This document shows positions 18,478 to 25,605 of a stretch of DNA of 25,605 bases, piece after piece. Numbering within the stretch: position 1 is the stretch's first letter; the number at the start of each line of letters is the position of its first letter. The position numbers and the translations under genes were made by a program. The DNA lies in the NCBI GenBank assembly GCA_038230375.1, contig JBBRNJ010000107.1:1-25605 (forward strand), written 5' to 3'. This DNA is from Polyangiales bacterium. Its GTDB lineage: Bacteria; Myxococcota_A; Polyangia; Polyangiales; Polyangiaceae. The notes below the pieces were generated by a model. The model did no database searches and had not been told where the DNA came from. It saw only the letters and a program-made list of their open reading frames with translations.

Positions 18478-18906
18478 ATGACCGGTCTACGCCTCACGAG
18501 CATCGTTTTCTTCATTGCGATCACCGGGTGCCCCGCCAAGGACGGCACGACGGCCGACGCTGGGCCCGCCACGACACTCTCGGCAGCCGTGTCTGCGATT
18601 GCGTCCGCGGCCCCGACTGCAGCCGCCACCGCCAGTGCCCCTGCCACCACTTCCGCTTCGGCCAGCGCGGTCACGTCCGCGGCCGCCTCCGCGAGCGCCA
18701 AGCCAAAGTCCAACGTCCCGACATGCAAGGCCGGTCAGGTCCTCGGGACGATCGCGCTGAGCCCGTTCAAGCCGGTGTGCGGCGCCAAGTGCAAGACCGA
18801 TGCGGACTGCACGGGCGGGGCAATGTGTATGGACGTCAATGCGCTGAAGGCCGACGGCAGCATCGTCGACGGCGCGCAGGCCAAGATCTGCCTGAAGGAT
18901 TTCTGA
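18478..18906 (+). CDS. Small lipoprotein with Ala/Ser/Thr linker and Cys-rich C-terminal domain
   Basis: MTGLRLTSIVFFIAITG-C lipobox; CGAKCKTDADC...C...KIC. Confidence 0.75.
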   Translation: MTGLRLTSIVFFIAITGCPAKDGTTADAGPATTLSAAVSAIASAAPTAAATASAPATTSASASAVTSAAASASAKPKSNVPTCKAGQVLGTIALSPFKPVCGAKCKTDADCTGGAMCMDVNALKADGSIVDGAQAKICLKDF

Positions 18907-19065
18907 CTGGATCGGCACGCCGCCGCCTTGGCGTTGCACGACGGTGACGGTCCGTCGCTCATCCAGTGCGAGGGGAGATGGGTGACTCCACACCTCATTT
19001 TCTCGGCGAATTCTCGACGAATATCAACATGCACACATTGGCATGCATGTAGCAGGTCAGGGAGC

Positions 19066-19737
19066 ATGCAAACGCTCGCTCGCCTGTCGGTCGTCGCTGC
19101 TCTGGTCCTCTCGCTCGGAGGTGTTGCGTGTACCGCGTCGACGTCGGATGACGGAGAGGCGACGTCGCAGGATCTGACGCCCTACGACTCGGTGGTGAGT
19201 AGCGGCACGAAGATCGACAACGACACCACGATCACCGCCACCCAGTCTGCGAAGACGCACCTTGTCGGGTTCGTGAAGGACCGGTCGCTGTCCGCTATCG
19301 AGAAGCAGTTCCTCGCCATCGGGAAATGGACCCAGATCAAGAACCCGGACGGAGACGCCCCGTTCACCGCCGCGCATGTGAGCTCGGATCAGGTGAAGGG
19401 AGGCGTCCGCAGCGTCGCCGCGACGATCTCGCTCAGCGCCGGGCTCGACATCATTCTCGGGGCGACGACGAAGACCGGCGACGACGGCTCAGAATCAATC
19501 CACATCACCAACACCGCCGCCGCCCGCCACTGGCTCGCGGGGACGATCGTCGAGAAGGGACAGCTCGTGATCGACGTGAAGCTCGTTCCATACGACAACA
19601 ACACCAAGAAGGGCACGATCGTCGACGCCACGATCAAGGTGAAGATGGCGCAGATGGAAGACAAAGCCCCGGGGCTCGCCGACGTGCTCCCGATGGTCTT
19701 CACCTGGCTGAAGACCACGACCCCCGCGTCCCCCTGA
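19066..19737 (+). CDS. Hypothetical lipoprotein, possibly START/SRPBCC-like fold
   Basis: AGGGAG immediately upstream; lipobox GGVA-C; strong GC3 bias; beta-rich body with a C-terminal amphipathic helix. Confidence 0.8.
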   Translation: MQTLARLSVVAALVLSLGGVACTASTSDDGEATSQDLTPYDSVVSSGTKIDNDTTITATQSAKTHLVGFVKDRSLSAIEKQFLAIGKWTQIKNPDGDAPFTAAHVSSDQVKGGVRSVAATISLSAGLDIILGATTKTGDDGSESIHITNTAAARHWLAGTIVEKGQLVIDVKLVPYDNNTKKGTIVDATIKVKMAQMEDKAPGLADVLPMVFTWLKTTTPASP

Positions 19738-19775
19738 GGACGTTGTCCTGAAAGGCCGCGCGCAAACGTCGAGCC

Positions 19776-20162
19776 TCAGCCCCTTGAAGCCTGGGCCGTT
19801 TTCTTGGGCATCTTGACTGGCCTCTTTGCCTTCGTGGGCTTGGCGGCCCTTGGAGCGCTCGTCGTGTTCGGCGATGGCGGGAGTGCGTTCCCGGAGATGA
19901 TCGCGTCCTCGGCGGCGGAGCTGCTCTCCGGTTTCGCCGCGGGGGCCGCGCTGGCCTGCATTCGCTCGTCGGCCTTCCCGAGCGCGCTTTCGGGGAGCTG
20001 CGTGTCGCCCTTCGAGGCGGCGCTGTCTGCGGCAGACGACGAGCCGCTCGAACTCGATGCGGTGGGGTCGGGCGACTCCGCATGGCTCTGCGCGCCGCCG
20101 CAAGCGGTGGTCAACGCAAGGACGACCAAGAGGGCAAGGTGTTCGAGCGAGGGTTGGTGCAT
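19776..20162 (-). CDS. Small low-complexity lipoprotein with basic tail
   Basis: AGGAG RBS upstream of ATG 20162; LALLVVLALTTA-C lipobox; Ser/Ala/Pro-rich with Lys-rich C-terminus. Confidence 0.7.
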   Translation of the reverse strand: MHQPSLEHLALLVVLALTTACGGAQSHAESPDPTASSSSGSSSAADSAASKGDTQLPESALGKADERMQASAAPAAKPESSSAAEDAIISGNALPPSPNTTSAPRAAKPTKAKRPVKMPKKTAQASRG

Positions 20163-20424
20163 CGGGTGTCTCCTGCGGAAGACCAATGCAAGAATGCTGA
20201 CAGCGCACAGTCCCGCCACCCCCCGCGGAAGATGGCGCCGAGGGTGGATTTTTGGGCCATCCGCGCCAGCCATCCGCGGCCCTCGCCTGGTTCACGTGGG
20301 GTTCTTTGAACCCTGGCGGTGGGCCGCCGGCGAACCACACCGCGCGCGAGCGTCACTTCGGTGCGACACTGATTCCAAGCGGCATCCGTCGGCCCAGAGC
20401 CCGCTCTGAGTCGCTGGCCCTGTG

Positions 20425-20451
20425 TGGTAGCGTTGTGGGTCATCGAGGAGG
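20425..20451 (+). promoter_or_regulatory. Putative extended -10 (TGGTAGCGT) and RBS (GAGGAGG) of the kinase operon
   Basis: TG-n-TAGCGT at 20425-20433; GAGGAGG at 20445-20451, 6 nt before GTG 20458. Confidence 0.45.
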
Positions 20452-20457
20452 GTCGGG

Positions 20458-21921
20458 GTGACGAGTCTCGTTGCGGTTGGAGATCTGATCGCGAATAAAT
20501 ACCGGGTCGAGCGCGTGCTCGGGCGCGGCGGGATGGGCATCGTCGTCGCCGCGGTCCACGTCCACCTCGGCCAGCACGTGGCCCTGAAGTTCTTGTTGCC
20601 CACCGTGGGCACGAGTCCAGCGATCGTGGCGCGCTTCGAGCGGGAGGCGCGCGCGGCCGTTGCGCTTCACAGCGATCATGTCACGAGGGTGCTCGACGTC
20701 GGACGGCTCCCCGATGGCGCGCCCTACATGGTGATGGAGATGCTCGAAGGCCGCGACCTTGCCCAGGAGCTCCGCTCGCGGAGGCGTCTTCCCGCGCACG
20801 AGGCCGTCGCTCATCTCGTGCAGGCGTGCGACGCCATCGCTGAGGCGCACGCGCTCGGCATCATCCATCGCGACATCAAGCCGGCCAACCTGTTCCTCGC
20901 CCAGCGGCCAAAGCGGGTCCCCACCATCAAGGTTCTGGACTTCGGGATCTCGCGGTCGATCGCGCTCACCGAGGGGGTCGCCGACATCACGAACACGTCG
21001 CAGCTCATTGGATCGCCGCTCTACATGTCACCGGAGCAGCTCCGCGCACCGAAGACGGTCGACGAGCGATCGGACATCTGGTCGCTCGGCGCCACACTCT
21101 TCGAGCTCCTGTCGGGTGAGCCCCCTTTCAACGGCGAGACGGTGGCCGAGCTCGGCGCGCACATCATCATGACCCCGCTCGTGGGCATTCGTTCTCGGCA
21201 GGGCTGTGCGGACATTCCGGAGGGGCTCGCCGACGTGATCGCTCGATGCCTCGAGAAGGACCCCGACAGACGCTACGCGACGATCGACGACCTGATGCTC
21301 GCCCTTGCGCCGTTCGCGCGCACGGAAGCGATCACTGCGGCGCCCGGCCCCGCTTCCGCTCCCGACGCCGAGCAGAATCCAATGGCCACGACAACGCAGC
21401 CGACTTCGCCGGGGCAAGCTCATGCAGGCCAGACCCTCCCCCTCTTGCCTGCCCCCGCCAGCACCGTCGAGAATCCGCAAGCCACCTCCGAGGCCGCCGT
21501 CTCGTATCCACCGCCGGCGCCGCCGGTAGAGCGCGCGCCGCGGCGCGGGACGTTCGTCACCACCGGCCTCATCGTGGCGATCTGCGCTCTCCTGGCGATC
21601 GTGGCGATGAGGGAGCTATCGCGGACAGCGTCGCCACCATCGCCAGCGTCCTCGCCATCGGTGGCCGCAGTGCCATCCACGGAGACCAGGTCGAGCGAGC
21701 CCGCGCCGAGCACCATCGCGGCTCCCCCACCGGCAACCGCTGCGAGCGCGCCGTCCTCTTCGAGTGTCGTCGCGACGGTCACGAGCGCCACGCGCCCACT
21801 CCGACCGGGGAGCGATACGACACCGAAGCCGAGCGCCGCGCCCTCCTCTCAACCCGCGCCGTCCGCCTCGGTCGCGCCGAACGGCTCCGCCAGCCCACTG
21901 AAGGGCCTCCACTTAGAATGA
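20458..21921 (+). CDS. Hanks-type Ser/Thr protein kinase, single TM, Pro/Ser-rich extracytoplasmic tail
   Basis: LGRGGMG, VALK, HRDIKPANLF, KVLDFG, GSPLYMSPEQ, SDIWSLG; TM GLIVAICALLAIVAM. Confidence 0.95.
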   Translation: MTSLVAVGDLIANKYRVERVLGRGGMGIVVAAVHVHLGQHVALKFLLPTVGTSPAIVARFEREARAAVALHSDHVTRVLDVGRLPDGAPYMVMEMLEGRDLAQELRSRRRLPAHEAVAHLVQACDAIAEAHALGIIHRDIKPANLFLAQRPKRVPTIKVLDFGISRSIALTEGVADITNTSQLIGSPLYMSPEQLRAPKTVDERSDIWSLGATLFELLSGEPPFNGETVAELGAHIIMTPLVGIRSRQGCADIPEGLADVIARCLEKDPDRRYATIDDLMLALAPFARTEAITAAPGPASAPDAEQNPMATTTQPTSPGQAHAGQTLPLLPAPASTVENPQATSEAAVSYPPPAPPVERAPRRGTFVTTGLIVAICALLAIVAMRELSRTASPPSPASSPSVAAVPSTETRSSEPAPSTIAAPPPATAASAPSSSSVVATVTSATRPLRPGSDTTPKPSAAPSSQPAPSASVAPNGSASPLKGLHLE

Positions 21922-22102
21922 ACAGGCGACGAACACGCCGATTGTCCCGCGCCACGGGTGTCATCGCGATCGCGTTGCTCGCATCCATCGGGCGACCCTG
22001 CGCCGCCGACGACGCACTGCCCGTTCGCCGGCCGTCGCTCTCCGAGTCGCTCGAGGGCGATGCGAAGGCCGACTACGACGCGGCCAAGCTCCTCTTCGAG
22101 GA
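21868..22102 (+). repeat. Direct repeat copy 1 (kinase 3' end + PEGA gene 5' end)
   Basis: Aligns ungapped to 25371-25605 with 5 mismatches in 235 bp. Confidence 0.95.
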
Positions 22103-22895
22103 CGGCGACTTCGGGGGTGCTGCGTCCAAGTTTCGGCAGGCACACGAGCGCGCGAAGGATCCGCGCCTGCTCTGGAACATCGCCATCTGCGAGAAGGGGC
22201 TCCGTCACTGGGCGCGCGTCCAGAACCTGGTCCAGCGCTACCTCGACGAAGGCCGAGACATCATCTCGCCGGAGCAGACGCGTGCGGCTCGCGACCTGGG
22301 CGAGGCTGTGAAAACGTTCGTCGGCACCTTGAATGTCTCGGCACCGCCAGGGACCGAGCTCACGATCGACGGCGAGCCTGCCGGCACCTTGCCGTTCGCG
22401 CATCCGATGCCGCTCGATCTCGGTCCCCACAAGCTCACCGCAGAGAAGACTGGGTTTCGGCCGTTCGCGTCCTCGTTCGAGATCGCTGGCGGCACGGAGA
22501 CGAAGCTCGAGCTTCCGCTCGTCGCGCTGACCTCGAAGGCGCGCGTGTCGGTGCAAGCCGGCGAAGGAGACACCATTGCCTTCGACGGAGCCGTGGTGGC
22601 GGCAACGCGCTGGCAGAGCGAGGTCGAGTCCGGCACGCACTCGCTGCGCGTGACGGCTCCGCGGCGAAAGCCCTACGATCTGCGCCTCGATCTCGTCGCC
22701 GGCTCCAACCGCACCGTCGAGGTGACGCTCGAGAACGAGCGCATCGTATGGCCGTGGATCGCCGGCGGTGTCGTGCTCGTCGGTAGCGCGGTGCTCGGCG
22801 GCTACTTCCTGTTCAAGACGGACGCGAAGCCTGCGGAGCAACCGAACGGCTCGCTCGCACCAGGAACCGTTCAACTCTCGGGGTGGGCGCGATGA
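21918..22895 (+). CDS. Exported TPR-like + PEGA-domain protein
   Basis: ATGA overlap with the kinase stop; signal peptide; helical TPR-like region (AASKFRQAHE..DPRLLWNIAICE); PEGA-like GTELTIDG...LDLGPHKLTAEKTGF; second beta domain; C-terminal hydrophobic WPWIAGGVVLVGSAVLGGYFLF. Confidence 0.85.
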   Translation: MNRRRTRRLSRATGVIAIALLASIGRPCAADDALPVRRPSLSESLEGDAKADYDAAKLLFEDGDFGGAASKFRQAHERAKDPRLLWNIAICEKGLRHWARVQNLVQRYLDEGRDIISPEQTRAARDLGEAVKTFVGTLNVSAPPGTELTIDGEPAGTLPFAHPMPLDLGPHKLTAEKTGFRPFASSFEIAGGTETKLELPLVALTSKARVSVQAGEGDTIAFDGAVVAATRWQSEVESGTHSLRVTAPRRKPYDLRLDLVAGSNRTVEVTLENERIVWPWIAGGVVLVGSAVLGGYFLFKTDAKPAEQPNGSLAPGTVQLSGWAR

Positions 22896-25213
22896 CAGGC
22901 ATTTCACTTCGCCGCTTCCTCGCGCTCGCGGCGATCGCGCTGGCGCCGATCGTGTCGCTCACGACGTCGTGCAAGGACGAGATCCTGCCCGTGAAGGGTC
23001 AGTTGATGCTCGTCATCACCACGAACCTGGCGCCGCCGAAGGACTTCGACACGCTGCACCTGCGCATCGTCGAAGATGGCTCAACGACGCCGCTGCACGA
23101 GGTCGACTACGCGCTCGGAGGGTCTCAGGCCGTGAAGCTTCCGGCGACCCTTGGCGTCGTCGCTGGGTCCGATCCGAACAAGACGGTGCGCATCACCGTC
23201 GAGGCGCGACGTGGCGCGACCGTTCGCGTCTCGCGTGACGCCGTCGCGCGCGTGCCGACCGATCGGATCGCCTCGCTCCCCCTTCCCATCGACGGCCTGT
23301 GCATCGACACCCCATGCCCGTCCGACGCGAGCGGGGGCGTGCAAACGTGCATCGCCGGCACCTGCCAGACCGCGGCAGTCGCGACCGATACCTTGCCCGA
23401 CTTCACCCCCGGCGACGTGTTCGGCGGCGGAACGGGACATGGTGACGGCGTCTGCTTCGACACGCTCGCTTGCTTCACGAACGGCCACACGGGCGTGGTG
23501 CGCACCAGCGACTGCTCGATTGATCGTGAGGTCCAGAGCGGGTTCGGGTTCAACATAGCCGTGGTACGTCCCCCCGACTCGGACGGAATCTGCGGATCGA
23601 ATGCGTGCCTCTTGCCGCTCGAGCGCGACCCCTTCACCGGGCCCATCGTGACGGGATGGCGCGAGGTGGGCGAGCGCGCCGTCCTGCCGCCGATCATCTG
23701 CGAGCGCTCGCTCCCCGTGCTCGTGACAACGAGCTGCCCCACCAAGAGCGCACCGACGTGCGGCCCGTGGTCGGCCACCGGGAGCGCTCGAGACCTTGGC
23801 GACGCAGCCATTCCATTCGATGCGTCCTCTGGCTTTTCCGGAGGCGAGGCGGGCGCGCTCAGCCCACTTCCACGGTCCGTCGCATTCCTGGACGAGGATA
23901 CGCGTCTGGGTTTCGTCACCGGCACGGTGACGATCGGACATGCGACCGATGAGAGCAGCGTGACGGGCTACAAGCTCTACTGGGCCGACGGGCCGACGAA
24001 GAAGCTCGACCTGATCGCGACGCTCCCCAGGACGGGAGCGGATGTCACCCACGCCCTCGCGGGCCCGGTGCTGCCAGGCGGAACGCATCTCCTCGCGTTC
24101 TCGACGACTGCGATGGGAGAGCTCTCGCCTGGCGTGAATGTGGGGCCGATCGACAACTACACACGGATGACCGCGATCACCGCCAACAATATCGCTGTTG
24201 ACCTACCCATCGTGCTCGCGGACGCGAAGACGTCGAGCCTGCTCGTGGTTGGTCTCGACAAGACTGCCTCGCGCAACGTCCCGGCCCTCGTGCACTGCAA
24301 GCTCGACGCATCCGGCTGCGTGTACACGGACATCTCCGCAGGCGCGCCGGCCGGCACCGCTGGAGCGCATTTCGGAGCGACGATCGACCCGGTGAACCAG
24401 AAGCTCCTTGTCCTCTCCGACAACCAGAACGTGGGCTCACCGAAGCTCTTCCGCTGCAACACGGATGGAACGGCGTGCACCGTGACGACCCTCGGCGTGC
24501 CCTCTGCCCATACCCTCGCCTGCCGGATCCCGCTCATGGTTGACACGGTCAACCAGAAGCTCCTGGCCATCGTCAGCTCCACCGGCAGCTCCCTCACGAC
24601 TCTCCTGCGATGCGGGCTCGACGGGCAGGGCTGCACGTACCAGGTAATCAACGGCAACACCAACACGTGTGCGACAGCGGTCATCAGCAACACGGATGCG
24701 AAGCTGCTCGTGGTCGAGGGGGGCATCGCAACTGGGAAGCCGACCCTTCACCGATGCGAGCTTGACGGCACGAACTGCGAAGTGCTGGATATCTCCGGTA
24801 CGAGCCCGGCGGTCGTCCAGTCGGCCTCTGCGGCGATCGACACGGAGAACCAGAAGCTCGTCGTCCTCACCCACCAGACGAACCAGCTGCTCATGTTCTA
24901 CTATCGATGCAATCTGGACGGGACGGGGTGCGTGAGCCGCGATCTGGGCGTCGTCGACAACGCATTCAGGGTGCCCCAAGATCCCTCCCTCCTGCTCGAC
25001 TTCACACACCATCGCCTCTTCGCGTTCGCCTACGCTTCTATGTCATCGGTGGGTGGCTTGGTGCGATGTGACCTTGATGGCACGAACTGTTCGAACACCG
25101 TCACGTTGGTGTCGGCCGGGACCAAACCGAACGGGTTGCTCTTCGGCAACAAGCTGTACTCCGTCAGCCCGTCCTCTTCGGGAATCGACCTGGTGACCCT
25201 GTCCACCTACTGA
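22892..25213 (+). CDS. Large modular Cys-rich lipoprotein (N-terminal domain, FN3/Ig-like domain, C-terminal repeat region, probably a beta-propeller)
   Basis: ATGA overlap with the PEGA gene stop; lipobox LTTS-C; six [R/H]CxxDxxxC repeats between 24293 and 25090. Confidence 0.8.
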   Translation: MTGISLRRFLALAAIALAPIVSLTTSCKDEILPVKGQLMLVITTNLAPPKDFDTLHLRIVEDGSTTPLHEVDYALGGSQAVKLPATLGVVAGSDPNKTVRITVEARRGATVRVSRDAVARVPTDRIASLPLPIDGLCIDTPCPSDASGGVQTCIAGTCQTAAVATDTLPDFTPGDVFGGGTGHGDGVCFDTLACFTNGHTGVVRTSDCSIDREVQSGFGFNIAVVRPPDSDGICGSNACLLPLERDPFTGPIVTGWREVGERAVLPPIICERSLPVLVTTSCPTKSAPTCGPWSATGSARDLGDAAIPFDASSGFSGGEAGALSPLPRSVAFLDEDTRLGFVTGTVTIGHATDESSVTGYKLYWADGPTKKLDLIATLPRTGADVTHALAGPVLPGGTHLLAFSTTAMGELSPGVNVGPIDNYTRMTAITANNIAVDLPIVLADAKTSSLLVVGLDKTASRNVPALVHCKLDASGCVYTDISAGAPAGTAGAHFGATIDPVNQKLLVLSDNQNVGSPKLFRCNTDGTACTVTTLGVPSAHTLACRIPLMVDTVNQKLLAIVSSTGSSLTTLLRCGLDGQGCTYQVINGNTNTCATAVISNTDAKLLVVEGGIATGKPTLHRCELDGTNCEVLDISGTSPAVVQSASAAIDTENQKLVVLTHQTNQLLMFYYRCNLDGTGCVSRDLGVVDNAFRVPQDPSLLLDFTHHRLFAFAYASMSSVGGLVRCDLDGTNCSNTVTLVSAGTKPNGLLFGNKLYSVSPSSSGIDLVTLSTY

Positions 25214-25370
25214 CGCGGACCGCGCGCCCAGCGTGCTGCGCGGAGGCGCCCGAACGAGACTTCAAGCGGGGCCGCGCACGGGAGCGGGCTGCGACCGCGC
25301 TTCCGGCTCCAGGTCGGCTGGTCGTTTCTCTGATCACTGTGCTATTTTCCGGCCATGCGGGGTGCCAAGG

Positions 25371-25605
25371 TCGGTCGCGCCGAACGGCTCCGCCAGCCCA
25401 CTGAAGGACCTCCACCTCGAATGAACAGGCGACGAACACGCCGATTGTCCCTCGCCACGGGTGTCATCGCGATCGCGTTGCTCGCATCCATCGGGCGACC
25501 CTGCGCCGCCGACGACGCACTGCCCGTTCGCCGGCCGTCGCTCTCCGAGTCGCTCGAGGGCGATGCCAAGGCCGACTACGACGCGGCCAAGCTCCTCTTC
25601 GAGGA
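25371..25605 (+). repeat. Direct repeat copy 2, extends to the window edge
   Basis: Offset 3503 bp from copy 1; true length unknown. Confidence 0.95.
25421..25605 (+). CDS. Second TPR/PEGA-type protein, 5' portion only (paralog of 21918-22895)
   Basis: MNRRRTRRLSLATGVIAIALLASIGRPCAADDALPVRRPSLSESLEGDAKADYDAAKLLFE, one aa difference from copy 1; in-frame upstream ATG at 25355. Absent from the ORF track. Confidence 0.85.
   Translation, partial: MNRRRTRRLSLATGVIAIALLASIGRPCAADDALPVRRPSLSESLEGDAKADYDAAKLLFE

Noticed and set aside
21246..21917. 224-codon N-terminal extension of the PEGA protein in the ORF track
   Set aside because: Overlaps the kinase in another frame; the signal peptide and ATGA coupling define the start at 21918.
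25233..25424. 63-aa ORF ending in the kinase-like tail peptide, as a standalone microprotein
   Set aside because: No signal peptide or RBS; only the last 17 codons are explained, by the duplication.

Overview
High-GC bacterial chromosomal segment, most consistent with a myxobacterium (Polyangiaceae/Labilithrix-like; inferred from the many Cys-rich lipoproteins and the Hanks kinase-PEGA operon). Housekeeping and metabolic genes: 5' part of a Glu/Leu/Phe/Val dehydrogenase (missed by the ORF track), a TetR + lipoprotein lipase-like operon with a perfect 16-bp operator-like palindrome, a RIO1-family kinase with a Q/N/P repeat tail, uppS-cdsA, long-form isocitrate lyase (ICL2 type) and DNA polymerase II. 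Between these lie many uncharacterised exported proteins. Best candidates for something new: (i) a translationally coupled Ser/Thr kinase - TPR/PEGA protein - modular lipoprotein cassette whose PEGA gene is repeated immediately downstream (at least 235 bp, 5 mismatches, including the last 17 kinase codons), suggesting an expanding array of sensor modules; (ii) a coupled three-gene exported cassette (beta-barrel-like, helical KxxH/E/DxxxNxxG protein, START-like protein) next to a truncated LamG lipoprotein; (iii) an unknown gene coupled to polB behind a (CTCGAC)11 microsatellite. Several genes show a -10 box 6-7 nt before the start codon, suggesting leaderless transcripts. No rRNA, tRNA, CRISPR or transposase seen. 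All family calls are from visual motif recognition, not database searches.
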